DNA of 64,000 nucleotides. Origin: Chloroflexota bacterium (GTDB lineage: Bacteria > Bacillota > Sulfobacillia > JBFLWA01 > JBLNDB01). A program made the position numbers and the translations under genes. The notes under the pieces were generated by a model. It was not told the DNA's origin, made no database searches, and was given only the letters and a program-made list of their open reading frames with translations. Shown here one piece after another: positions 1-8,808 of this stretch (its first letter is position 1; each line of letters opens with the position of its first letter). The stretch covers positions 4,189 through 68,188 of the forward strand of contig JBLNDB010000024.1 of assembly GCA_050261235.1 (NCBI GenBank). The letters run 5' to 3'.

Positions 1-125
1 TCGAGGCCGGTCACGCAGAGCCGGAGTTCGGCCGGGCGGCGGGCGTAGTTGGCCGCGACGGCCATGCCGAAAGCCGTCGTGGCGAGAACCAGGAGACCGC
101 TACCGAGCAGTTTGAGAAGCAACAC
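1..125 (-). CDS. spoIIIAB: Stage III sporulation protein AB, 5' part (runs off the window)
   Basis: Manual translation from GTG at 125 after a GAGGTG RBS gives MLLLKLLGSGLLVLATTAFGMAVAANYARRPAELR, typical of the SpoIIIAB N-terminus; overlaps the end of spoIIIAA. Confidence 0.85.
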   Translation of the reverse strand, partial: MLLLKLLGSGLLVLATTAFGMAVAANYARRPAELRLCVTGL

Positions 126-1125
126 CGGAAATCACCTCACTGTCACGCGCAGTGCACGTACGTGGCGCACAGGCAAGCGGGGTCCCGCGCTCGTCGGTGA
201 TGCCGGCTATGGTTCCCGGCCCCCGACTGCGGTCGAGAAAGACCAGCCGGTGAAACACTCCGGTCGCCACCAGCTGCCGGAGCGACGGCCGTCGCGCCAG
301 ATCGTCGGCGCCGCGACCATGGGCGGAAGCGATCACCGCAACGCCGGCGTTCGCGGCTTCCTCGACCGCCGCGGCGTCTTCATCCCGCCCGAGTTCGTCG
401 GTGACGACGACATCGGGCGACATGCCGCGAATCAGGATCATGATGCCTTCAGCTTTCGGGCAGGCGTCGAGGACATCGGTGCGCAGCCCGACGTCGCGCT
501 GCGGCACACCCTGGTAACAGCCGGCAATCTCTGACCGCTCGTCGACAAGGCCGACTTTGAGCCCCGGCAATCCCCATTCGCGCGCGCCGTCAGCCAACCG
601 CCGGCAAATGTCCCGCAGGAGTGTCGTCTTGCCGGCGCGCGGCGGGCCAACGACCAGCGCGCTGAGGATGTCACCGCTGCCAGCCGCCGGCGCAATCAGG
701 GCGGGCAGTACTCCGTCGGCAACTCCTGGCAGTTCGCGTGAGACGCGGACATTCAGTCCGGAGATGTTCTTGATTGTTCTGATCCGACCGTGCTCGACGA
801 CAGCGCGGCCGACGAGGCCGACGCGATGGCCGCCGGTCAGCGTGAGGTAGCCCTGCCGCAACTCCTCTTCGAGGGCATAGACCGAACTCTGCGACATCAT
901 CTGCAGGGCCCGTTGCATGTCGTCGCCGGTGACCACGCAGCCGGTGACCATGTCACGGTCGTGCAGAACCAGCACGAGCGGGCGGTCCTGGCGCAGGCGC
1001 ACCTCTTCCAGCGCCGCCAGCGCCGCTACCGGCAGCGCTGCCAGAACCCGCCGCACCGGGTCAGGCAGGAACGGCAGGATGTCGCGTCTGATTGCTTGCA
1101 GCGTGCGCTGTTCCCAGGTCTCCAT
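100..1125 (-). CDS. spoIIIAA: Stage III sporulation protein AA (ATPase)
   Basis: EEVRLR, SVYALEEELRQGYLTLTGGHRVG, Walker A GPPRAGKTT, VDERSEIA, DACPKAEG, MSPDVVVTDELG. Confidence 0.96.
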   Translation of the reverse strand: METWEQRTLQAIRRDILPFLPDPVRRVLAALPVAALAALEEVRLRQDRPLVLVLHDRDMVTGCVVTGDDMQRALQMMSQSSVYALEEELRQGYLTLTGGHRVGLVGRAVVEHGRIRTIKNISGLNVRVSRELPGVADGVLPALIAPAAGSGDILSALVVGPPRAGKTTLLRDICRRLADGAREWGLPGLKVGLVDERSEIAGCYQGVPQRDVGLRTDVLDACPKAEGIMILIRGMSPDVVVTDELGRDEDAAAVEEAANAGVAVIASAHGRGADDLARRPSLRQLVATGVFHRLVFLDRSRGPGTIAGITDERGTPLACAPRTCTARDSEVISGVASQTAR

Positions 1126-1279
1126 CTGCCCGTCCCACCTTTCTCTCGATACATATTGGGGGTGACAGTCGATTATGCCAGTCGCGGTTCAGACAGTCAT
1201 GCCAGTTCGTCCAAATGGCGTCAGATGGGCATACAAGAGCCCCGGGGCGGGCACCCCGGGGCGGCTAGTCAACTGAACG

Positions 1280-1837
1280 CTATTCCTGCCACGATTCACG
1301 GACCGGGTCATCCGAGTCGACGACGTGCGCTCGTCGCGGCTTGGTGCCGCTGGTCTCGCCCGGAGCCTCGTCGATGTCCGAGATCTCGTACTCCTCGTCG
1401 GTGTCCCAGACCATCTCGCCGCAGTCGGGGCAAGTGATCTCCAGCTGATCGTCGTCGAGGTAGTCCTCGTCGAAGTAGACGGTCTGACCGCAGTTTGGAC
1501 AATCGGTGGCGACGAAGCGCCCCGGTCCCGGCTGCGTGGCAGCCTCGACGGTGGTTGTCCCGGCTTTGGCGACGACGGTGCCGCCAGGCTCGCCAAAGAT
1601 CTGGACGCTGTTCTCGATGTCCTCCTCCAGATCGGCGAGGTCCTGGTCGACCGCGTCAAGGTACTCACCGAGCTCCTGTTGCTGCGACCGAAGGCGGTCG
1701 ATGCCGTGCACGACCGAACCCATCACGTCAAGCACCTCGACGAGGATCTCCGCCTCGCGACCGCCCTTGTCCGTCCGCAAGCCCTTGGCCAGTCCCTGAA
1801 GGTACGCGACACGCTCTCGCAGCTGTTTGCGTTTCAC
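1280..1837 (-). CDS. CD1247-like protein with C-terminal zinc ribbon
   Basis: LRERVAYLQGLAKG N-terminus, acidic coiled region, CPNCG...CPDCG; usual neighbour upstream of spoIIIAA. Confidence 0.85.
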   Translation of the reverse strand: MKRKQLRERVAYLQGLAKGLRTDKGGREAEILVEVLDVMGSVVHGIDRLRSQQQELGEYLDAVDQDLADLEEDIENSVQIFGEPGGTVVAKAGTTTVEAATQPGPGRFVATDCPNCGQTVYFDEDYLDDDQLEITCPDCGEMVWDTDEEYEISDIDEAPGETSGTKPRRAHVVDSDDPVRESWQE

Positions 1838-1869
1838 TCTACCCCTCCTTGTCAGTGCAAGTACCCTGA

Positions 1870-1898
1870 TAGTATGTTTCCGCTGACGGCCGGTTAGC
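1870..1898 (-). promoter_or_regulatory. Possible forespore sigmaG/sigmaF-type promoter for the CD1247-like gene
   Basis: Minus strand GCTAA-N17-CATACTA; CATACTA matches the sigG -10 consensus, the -35 is weak. Confidence 0.35.
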
Positions 1899-1983
1899 CC
1901 GCAAAGCGCGCAGTGTTGTTCAGGCGCAGGCTGATATGGTAATATGTATGGGGAAATCCGACCGATAGGAGGAAAGCGCTGGC

Positions 1984-2442
1984 GTGGCGAACATTCTGAT
2001 TATTCACGGACCGAACCTCGCCCAGTTGGGCCGGCGCGAACCAGCCGTCTACGGGCGGACTACTCTGGCCGAGATCAACGCGGGCATCGCGCGGGAAGCC
2101 GAGCGACTGGGCGTCGCGGTGAGTTTCTTCCAGAGCAATCACGAGGGCGAGATCGTCGACCGCGTCAGCGAGGCTCCCGGGCAGTTCGATGGCATCATCA
2201 TCAACCCGGCCGCCTATTCGCATTACAGCGTCGCCATCCGTGACGCAATCGCCGCCGCTGGCCTGCCGACGATCGAGGTCCACCTGAGCAACGTCCATGC
2301 GCGCGAGGAGTTCCGCCGGCAGCTGGTCGTCGCGCCGGTGGTGAGCGGTGTCATCGCCGGCCTCGGTGCCGATGGCTACCGGCTGGCCCTGCTCGGGCTC
2401 GTCTCGATTCTAAATTCCTGTCAAGGCCCCAAGGAGGCGTGA
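1984..2442 (+). CDS. aroQ: Type II 3-dehydroquinate dehydratase
   Basis: HGPNLAQLGRREPAVYG, FQSNHEG, INPAAYSHYSVAIRDA, EVHLSNVHAREEFR. Confidence 0.97.
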   Translation: MANILIIHGPNLAQLGRREPAVYGRTTLAEINAGIAREAERLGVAVSFFQSNHEGEIVDRVSEAPGQFDGIIINPAAYSHYSVAIRDAIAAAGLPTIEVHLSNVHAREEFRRQLVVAPVVSGVIAGLGADGYRLALLGLVSILNSCQGPKEA

Positions 2443-3518
2443 TTCCCATCATGGCTACCCGGCTGTCGAAGCTCCGCTCCCGCCTTAGCGAACAAGGTCT
2501 CGAAGCGATGCTGGTGACCAATCCGTTGAACCGCGCCTATATGTCTGGCTTCAACGGGTCCGCCGGCGTGCTGCTGATTTCGCAGGACACCGCGCTCCTG
2601 TTCACGGACTTCCGCTACATCGAGCGGGCCACGGCCCAGGCGCCCGAGTACAAGGTCATCAGGCACGCCACGCCGATGTCGAAGTCGATTCAGGAAGCCC
2701 TCGCCGAACACGGCATCAAGCAACTCGGCTACGAGCAGGATCACGTCACGGTCGGCAGCTACGAAGGTTATCGCACCGCCTTCAGCGGCGTCGAGTTGGT
2801 TCCGACCAGCGGGCTGATTGAAGGCCTGCGGCAGTACAAGGATGCCGACGAGCTGGACAAGATGCGCCGGGCTGCCGCGATTGCCGATGCCGCCTACATC
2901 CACATCCTCAAGTATATCAAGGCGGGGGTCACTGAGCGCGACGTAGCGCTGGAACTCGAGTTCTTCATGCGCAAGAACGGCGCCGAAAAGCTGGCCTTCG
3001 ACGTCATCCCGGCCTCCGGCCCGCGCGGGTCGCTGCCGCACGCCGAGGCGACCGGGCGCGTCCTGCAGGACGGCGACCTGATTACGATGGACTTCGGTTG
3101 CGTCTATGAGGGCTACTGCTCCGACATCACGCGCACGGTCGGTATCGGCAATATCAGCGACAAGCAGCGGGAGATCTACAGGATCGTCCTCGATGCGCAG
3201 TTGGCGGCCCTCAAGGCCTGTCGCGCCGGAATCAGCGGCCGCGAGCTGGACGCCGTGGCACGCGACATCATCACTGAGGCCGGCTATGGCGAGAACTTCG
3301 GCCACTCCCTCGGCCACGGCGTCGGGCGGGAAGTCCACGAACTGCCCCGCAGTTCGCCGACAGCCGACGGGGTGCTCGAGCCTAACATGATCGTCACCAT
3401 CGAACCTGGCATCTACATCCCGGACTGGGGCGGGGTGCGCATAGAAGACACGGTCGTCGTACTGCCCGATGGGTGCGAGCGGCTGACCAAGTCGACCAAG
3501 GAACTGATTGTCCTATAA
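2439..3518 (+). CDS. Xaa-Pro aminopeptidase (M24, YqhT/PapA-like); start may be ATG 2451
   Basis: TDFRY, DFG..YCSDITRT, HSLGHGVG, TIEPGIY, GGVRIED. Confidence 0.93.
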   Translation: MIPIMATRLSKLRSRLSEQGLEAMLVTNPLNRAYMSGFNGSAGVLLISQDTALLFTDFRYIERATAQAPEYKVIRHATPMSKSIQEALAEHGIKQLGYEQDHVTVGSYEGYRTAFSGVELVPTSGLIEGLRQYKDADELDKMRRAAAIADAAYIHILKYIKAGVTERDVALELEFFMRKNGAEKLAFDVIPASGPRGSLPHAEATGRVLQDGDLITMDFGCVYEGYCSDITRTVGIGNISDKQREIYRIVLDAQLAALKACRAGISGRELDAVARDIITEAGYGENFGHSLGHGVGREVHELPRSSPTADGVLEPNMIVTIEPGIYIPDWGGVRIEDTVVVLPDGCERLTKSTKELIVL

Positions 3519-3567
3519 CTTTCCGGGCAGCAGGACAGGCTAATACGGGCTAAGGAGGTCGGGCTGA

Positions 3568-4128
3568 GTGATTTCAACCAACGATTTCAAGACCGGTGCG
3601 ACAATCGAGCTTGACGGCGACATCTGGCAGGTGGTCGAATTCCAGCACGTCAAGCCGGGCAAGGGCTCGCCGTTCGTCCGCGCCAAGATCCGCAATCTCC
3701 GCAACGGGTCCGTCCTCGAGCGGACCTTCGACGCCGGCGAGAAGCTGCCGCGCGCCCACCTCGAGACGCGGGAAATGCAGTACCTTTACAACGACGGCGA
3801 CATGTACACGTTCATGGACAACGAGACCTACGAGCAGCTGACCCTGAACAAGGAGGCGCTCGGCGACGGCGTCCTCTACCTCAAGGAGAATGCTGTCTGC
3901 CTCGTTCAGTCGTTCAACGGCCAGGTGCTTGGCGTCCAGTTGCCGAACACCGTCGTCCTCGAAATCGTCGAGACCGACCCGGGCGTCCGCGGCGACACCG
4001 CCACCGGCGGCACCAAGCCGGCCAAGCTCGAGACCGGCGCGGTAGTCAAGGTTCCGCTGTTCGTCCAGCAGGGCGAGCGCGTCGTCATCGACACCCGCAC
4101 CGGCTCGTACCTCCAGCGGGCTCAGTAG
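3568..4128 (+). CDS. efp: Elongation factor P
   Basis: [34 protein letters not shown]; AGGAGG RBS. Confidence 0.98.
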   Translation: MISTNDFKTGATIELDGDIWQVVEFQHVKPGKGSPFVRAKIRNLRNGSVLERTFDAGEKLPRAHLETREMQYLYNDGDMYTFMDNETYEQLTLNKEALGDGVLYLKENAVCLVQSFNGQVLGVQLPNTVVLEIVETDPGVRGDTATGGTKPAKLETGAVVKVPLFVQQGERVVIDTRTGSYLQRAQ

Positions 4129-4156
4129 TCCGAGGCACTCACAGCTGTGAAACTTC

Positions 4157-4191
4157 AAGGGTGGCTCCCCGGGGCGGGGAGCCACCCTTTT
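4157..4191 (+). terminator. Rho-independent terminator after efp
   Basis: AAGGGTGGCTCCCC-ggggc-GGGGAGCCACCCTT followed by TT. Confidence 0.85.
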
Positions 4192-4355
4192 CGCACTGCG
4201 CGCAACCGGCCGGGCATTGGCGCCTGTCCATGTCGAAACGGCGCCGTTTCTGACTATCATCTCTGTCCCTGCTCCAGAGGGCCGGCGCCGGCGACCAGCG
4301 AAGTAGGCAACCGGATGACCCGGCTCGATCCTATGCCGACGAGGGAGGTTCCGCA

Positions 4356-6320
4356 GTGCGGAACGAGCGTGCGCTCAGCTCCCTGCCCCGACCGGTGGCG
4401 GTGGTTGTCATCGGGATGCTGCTCAGCGCTGCCTTGACAGCCGCTGCGCTCGCGGGCTGCAGTCGACAGCCGGCGCAATTGCGGATCATCAGTGCCATCG
4501 GCGCCCGTGATACGGACTTCATCGACCGCCCGCTGGCCGTGGCGTCGACCCGCGAAGGGGCAATGCTGCTGGCGATGCGGGCAGACGGTCAGGTCGAGCT
4601 GGTCAGGCTCGACGCCGCCCGTGCTGTGGCCGCGTCTTCCCCGCTCGCCGGCCAGTTCTCCGGTTCACCGCACGAGTTCGGCTTGCTGCCGGACAGCAGC
4701 CTGGCGGTGCGCACGCGGGCCGACAGGGTCCAACTGTTCGCCCGCGAGGACAGCGGCGCCTATGTCGTGTCGTCGACGCTGCCGGCCGGCGGCCCGCTGG
4801 CGGTGGGGCAAGACGGCTACCTGTACGTATCAGTCGGCAACACCATCCGTCGCTACGCTGCCGACGGCAAGTTGGGAGCGAACTGGACCGCACCTGCCGC
4901 CCCGCTGGCGCTCGCCTGGAACCCCAACAATGGCCGTATCTGCGCCTTTCTCGGGGCAGCCGGCCCGGAGCAACTCCGCCTGACGCAACGGTCGGCGATC
5001 TACGCTGCGCCGAGCTACGGCGCTGAGCGGCTCGGCGCTCTCGAGCGGGGCGCTGTCGTCTCGGTTCAGGATGGGAGTGCGGCGATGAACGGCTTCGTCC
5101 GCATCACGACGCCGGTCGCTGGCTTCGTCCCGACTGCCGTCGCTGACAGCGTCATCGGCACCCTCTGCCAGTACACACCGACCGGCGGCGCCGGATCGCT
5201 GCAGACGGTCTCGTGCGACTACGCGCCGAGGTGCACGGCCAACAGGCGGGTCGCGGCCATGGCGGTCAGCCGGGACGGGCTGGTCTTCCTCCTCGTTCGC
5301 GAGGCAGCGACGGGAGGCGACAGGTTCGTGCTCGTCGCCGTCGACGAAGCCGGCTTTGGCCACACGCGCGGCTCGACGCCGGCGACCCGGTCGCCGTCAC
5401 GGAGGCCCCTGCGCGCCGCCATCCCCGACGTCGATGCCTGCGGCCTCGCTTGCTACGGCGATGAGGTGCTGGTGGTCGACGGCCGCCAGCTCTGGCGCGG
5501 CCCTGTCTGGGGCAGCGGCCTGATGGCGGTCGACGCGGCGCCGCCAGCGCCTGGCACGTTCCGCGAACCGCTTGCCCTGGCCGTTGATCCGAACCGACCG
5601 GACTGCGTTGCCGTCCTCGACTGGCTGCGTGGGGACACCCAGGTCTGGTCGGGCGGCAGCGTCGCGGAGGTGCGGCAGGTACCCCTCGCGGCGGGCGAGA
5701 TGGCAATCGATGTCCTTGCTGACAACAGCGGTGAGACCTGGGTCGCCACGCTGGGGCCGAGGGCGGCTCGGATCATCGCGCTGGCCGCGGGAGTCGATTA
5801 CTGCGTCCCGCCAAGTCTGTCGGAGGCGCTCGCCTACACGGCGTGGTGGATCGAACCCGGGACCGGCGCCGATTACGGCGGCACGCCGCTCATCCACGCC
5901 GGCTGGGGCGAGCGCACGCTGACGTACGCCGGTGGCGGCTGGACGGTCGACAGCGGCGGTCACGCCTATCCATGGCAGCATTACCTGCCGGACAGCACGG
6001 CTGACATCGAGGCCCAACTGCGGCGCGCCGGCGTCCTGCCCCGCGAGCCGAACGGTTCGCCGCCCGACTGGACGCGGCTGATTCGCGGCATGACCACCGA
6101 CGCGCACGGCCGCTTCTACCTTGTCACGGGGCGGATGTCGGCCTTCGCCCGCCGCGTCGTCGTCTTCACCGCCGACGGGCAGCTCGAAGCCCAGTACCGG
6201 CTGCCGCCGGAGGTCGGCCTGCCTTCCGACATGGCCGTCGATCACGACGGACACATCTGGCTGACCGATCCGGAGCACTACCGGGTGGTGGAGCTTGCGG
6301 CCGAGGGTGAGAGCAAGTAA
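4356..6320 (+). CDS. Putative lipoprotein with NHL/beta-propeller repeats and an SH3b-like insert
   Basis: Lipobox LAGC after a hydrophobic stretch; NHL-like repeats (FREPLALAVDP, PSDMAVDHDGHIWLTDPEHYRV); GGGAGG RBS. Confidence 0.7.
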   Translation: MRNERALSSLPRPVAVVVIGMLLSAALTAAALAGCSRQPAQLRIISAIGARDTDFIDRPLAVASTREGAMLLAMRADGQVELVRLDAARAVAASSPLAGQFSGSPHEFGLLPDSSLAVRTRADRVQLFAREDSGAYVVSSTLPAGGPLAVGQDGYLYVSVGNTIRRYAADGKLGANWTAPAAPLALAWNPNNGRICAFLGAAGPEQLRLTQRSAIYAAPSYGAERLGALERGAVVSVQDGSAAMNGFVRITTPVAGFVPTAVADSVIGTLCQYTPTGGAGSLQTVSCDYAPRCTANRRVAAMAVSRDGLVFLLVREAATGGDRFVLVAVDEAGFGHTRGSTPATRSPSRRPLRAAIPDVDACGLACYGDEVLVVDGRQLWRGPVWGSGLMAVDAAPPAPGTFREPLALAVDPNRPDCVAVLDWLRGDTQVWSGGSVAEVRQVPLAAGEMAIDVLADNSGETWVATLGPRAARIIALAAGVDYCVPPSLSEALAYTAWWIEPGTGADYGGTPLIHAGWGERTLTYAGGGWTVDSGGHAYPWQHYLPDSTADIEAQLRRAGVLPREPNGSPPDWTRLIRGMTTDAHGRFYLVTGRMSAFARRVVVFTADGQLEAQYRLPPEVGLPSDMAVDHDGHIWLTDPEHYRVVELAAEGESK

Positions 6321-6357
6321 CGGCGGCGCGACGCAGAGCTGTGGGGCACGTCCCCCG

Positions 6358-6606
6358 CCGCCGCGGACAGGCAGGCAAGCGGATCGCCTGCATGGGTGAG
6401 GACCATGGGGCCCCACTTCCGCCGCGGACAGGTAGGCGAGCGGACTGACCGCATGGTGAGGCCAGCGTGGATGGGTCGGACGGAATTGGACAGGTGCCGT
6501 GCATCCGCTGTCATCGATGGAGCACGGCGCCTGTCCCATGGAGTCCGACCCTTCCCGCTGGCCTCTGCCATGGGGGGGTAGTCCGCTCGCCTACCTTCTC
6601 CGCGGC
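6358..6606. repeat. Long imperfect inverted repeat (6421-6606) plus an imperfect direct-repeat copy of its left arm (6358-6405)
   Basis: Paired segments gccgcgga/tccgcggc, aggtaggcgagcggact/agtccgctcgcctacct, gaggccagcg/cgctggcctc, gggtcgga/tccgaccc, ggacaggtgccgtgc/gcacggcgcctgtcc. Confidence 0.85.
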
Positions 6607-7985
6607 GCCATGTGAATCGCGTTCCCGTACACGTTGTGAGCGGCCTCCATCATCGTCTCCGCCAGCGTCGGATGGATGTGCAGCATCGCATCGGCGAGCC
6701 GCTCGACCGGCGCGCCGGCGGCCAGGGCCTGCGCCGCCTCGTGGATCAGATCGCCGGCCGCCGGGCCGATGATGTGGACGCCGAGGAGCTTGCCGTTCTC
6801 GTCGCCGATGACCTTGACGAGGCCTTCGGTCTCGCCGATGATCTGCGCCCGGCCGTTGGCGGCGAAGTTGAACTTGCCGACCTTGTGGGCGATGCCGCGG
6901 TCGCGGCACTCCTGCTCGGTCAGGCCGACACCGGCCATCTCGGGATGGGTGAAGACGCAGCGCGGCACGACGTCATAATCGATGCGGGCATCGGCGCCGG
7001 CGATCACATCGGCGGCAACGATGCCTTCGGCTGAGGCGCCATAGGCGAGCTGGGTCTTGCCGACCACGTCACCGATGGCGTAGATGCCGGGAATATTGGT
7101 CTGCATCCGATCGTTCACCTTGATTCCCCGCCGGTCGTGCTCGACGCCGAGGGCTGCGAGGTCGATGCCGCCGAACTCGGGCACGCGCCCGACGGAGAGC
7201 AGCACCATGTCGACGGCGACCGACAGGACCGAACCATCAGCGGCTGTGGCCTCGACGATGCGAGCCGCACCGTCGGCCTTGACACCGGTCACGGTGGCGC
7301 CGGTGTGGATTGTCACGCCGAGGCGCTTCAGTGACAGGCCAAGGCGCTGCGCCAGTTCCGGATCCAGGTTCGGGACGATCTGCGGCAGGCGTTCGACGAC
7401 CGTGACCTTGACGCCGAGGTTGGCGAAGATCGAGGCGAACTCCATGCCGATGACGCCGCCGCCGATAACCGCCAGCGAAGCCGGGAGCGCTTCCAGCGCC
7501 AGCGCCTGGTCGCTGTTGATCGTGCAAGCGAGAGCGTCGGGCGGCAGCGGGATGATGGCCGACTTCGAGCCGGTGGCAAGGACGATGTTCCTGGTCTCGT
7601 AGCGCAGAGCGCCGATCTGCACGATGCCCGGCTGCGGCACCGCTGCCTCGCCGCGCATGATATCGACGCCGTAGGCCTTGAGCAACTGACCGATGCCGCC
7701 GGTCAGTTGCTTCACAATCCCGTTCTTGCGGCTCTGAACGGCCGCCCAATCGAGCGTCGGCTGGCCGTCAATGCGGACGCCGAACTCGGCCGCGCGCCTG
7801 ACCGTGGCGAGTACTTCGGCGCTGCGAACGAGCGCCTTGGTGGGGATGCAGCCGCGGTTCAGACAGGTGCCGCCGAACTCGTCACGCTCGACCAGCCCGA
7901 CCTTGAGGCCGCGCTGCGCGGCTCGGATCGCGGCGACGTAGCCTCCCGGTCCGCCGCCGATGACTATGACATCGAATCCATCCAC
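6591..7985 (-). CDS. lpdA: Dihydrolipoyl dehydrogenase (L protein)
   Basis: GGGPGGYVAA, GGTCLNRGCIPTK, IGGGVIGME, HPTLAE; GTG start at 7985 after AGGGGG. Confidence 0.95.
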   Translation of the reverse strand: MDGFDVIVIGGGPGGYVAAIRAAQRGLKVGLVERDEFGGTCLNRGCIPTKALVRSAEVLATVRRAAEFGVRIDGQPTLDWAAVQSRKNGIVKQLTGGIGQLLKAYGVDIMRGEAAVPQPGIVQIGALRYETRNIVLATGSKSAIIPLPPDALACTINSDQALALEALPASLAVIGGGVIGMEFASIFANLGVKVTVVERLPQIVPNLDPELAQRLGLSLKRLGVTIHTGATVTGVKADGAARIVEATAADGSVLSVAVDMVLLSVGRVPEFGGIDLAALGVEHDRRGIKVNDRMQTNIPGIYAIGDVVGKTQLAYGASAEGIVAADVIAGADARIDYDVVPRCVFTHPEMAGVGLTEQECRDRGIAHKVGKFNFAANGRAQIIGETEGLVKVIGDENGKLLGVHIIGPAAGDLIHEAAQALAAGAPVERLADAMLHIHPTLAETMMEAAHNVYGNAIHMAPRRR

Positions 7986-7998
7986 GTCCGAAAACCCC

Positions 7999-8808
7999 CT
8001 ATCGCATCTCGTTCCAGGCAGCCGTACCGTACTTGTCCCGTGCCAGCTCCCGCGCCAGTTCCCCCTCTTCAGCCGTGAGCGCGCCGGGAACAAGTTCGAG
8101 GTCCATCTCGGCGGCTACTCCGGCCGCAATCGCGTCTGCCAGCGCTCCCCACTCCGGCTCATGGCCAAGGACATGGCGCAGGCTGATGGCGCGCGATTCG
8201 AGAACGCGGGCCAGGCGCGGCCGTGACTCCTCATCGCGGACCCGCAGCACGCTTGCCAGCAGATCGGCATCGAAGTCGGTAAGAATCGAACCGTGCTGGA
8301 GAATGACGCCGTCGCGTCGGACCTGAGCGCTGCCGACCAGCTTGCGACCGTCCACCGTCAGTTCATACGCGGACGGCGCATCGAAGCAGGCGGCGGTGAG
8401 GTCGTGCTCCTTGAGGCCGGGCGCGGTGAGCGCGGCGTCGACGCCGCACGCCCGAAGACCGCGCAGCAGGCCGGAGCTGATTTTCAGGTAGGTCGGCAGG
8501 ATGCCGCCGGGCAGCAGCGCCTCCGAGACCACGACGCTGTAAGTGAGTTCGCGGTGATGCAGGACCGCCCGGCCGCCGGTCGGGCGCCGCACCCAGGCCA
8601 CCCCGTGCCGCTCGCAGGCGTCGCGGTCGACCTCGCGGGCGAAGCTCTGGGAATAGCCGAGCGACAGCGTTGGCGGGTTCCAAGCGTAGAAGCGCAGAGT
8701 CGGCGGCACGCGGCCAGCGCGGTGGGCGATCATGATCGCCTCGTCGACCGCCATGTTCTCGGCGGGGCCCATCGTTTCGAGGGGCAGCAACCGCCAGGTC
8801 TGGCTCAC
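7999..8808 (-). CDS. lipM: Lipoate-protein ligase family protein, octanoyltransferase LipM-like
   Basis: NMAVDEA, PPTLRFYAW, RRPTGGRAVLH, CFDAPS.YE, GRKLVGSAQ, LQHGSI. Confidence 0.85.
   Translation of the reverse strand: MSQTWRLLPLETMGPAENMAVDEAIMIAHRAGRVPPTLRFYAWNPPTLSLGYSQSFAREVDRDACERHGVAWVRRPTGGRAVLHHRELTYSVVVSEALLPGGILPTYLKISSGLLRGLRACGVDAALTAPGLKEHDLTAACFDAPSAYELTVDGRKLVGSAQVRRDGVILQHGSILTDFDADLLASVLRVRDEESRPRLARVLESRAISLRHVLGHEPEWGALADAIAAGVAAEMDLELVPGALTAEEGELARELARDKYGTAAWNEMR

Noticed and set aside
1150-1180. sigmaE promoter for spoIIIA (GCATAAT-N14-AATATGT)
   Set aside because: Expected biologically, but the -10 match is too weak to call from sequence alone
6340-6470. ~61-nt periodic repeat as a CRISPR array
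   Set aside because: Only two degenerate copies, no unique spacers and no cas genes; reported as part of the inverted repeat instead
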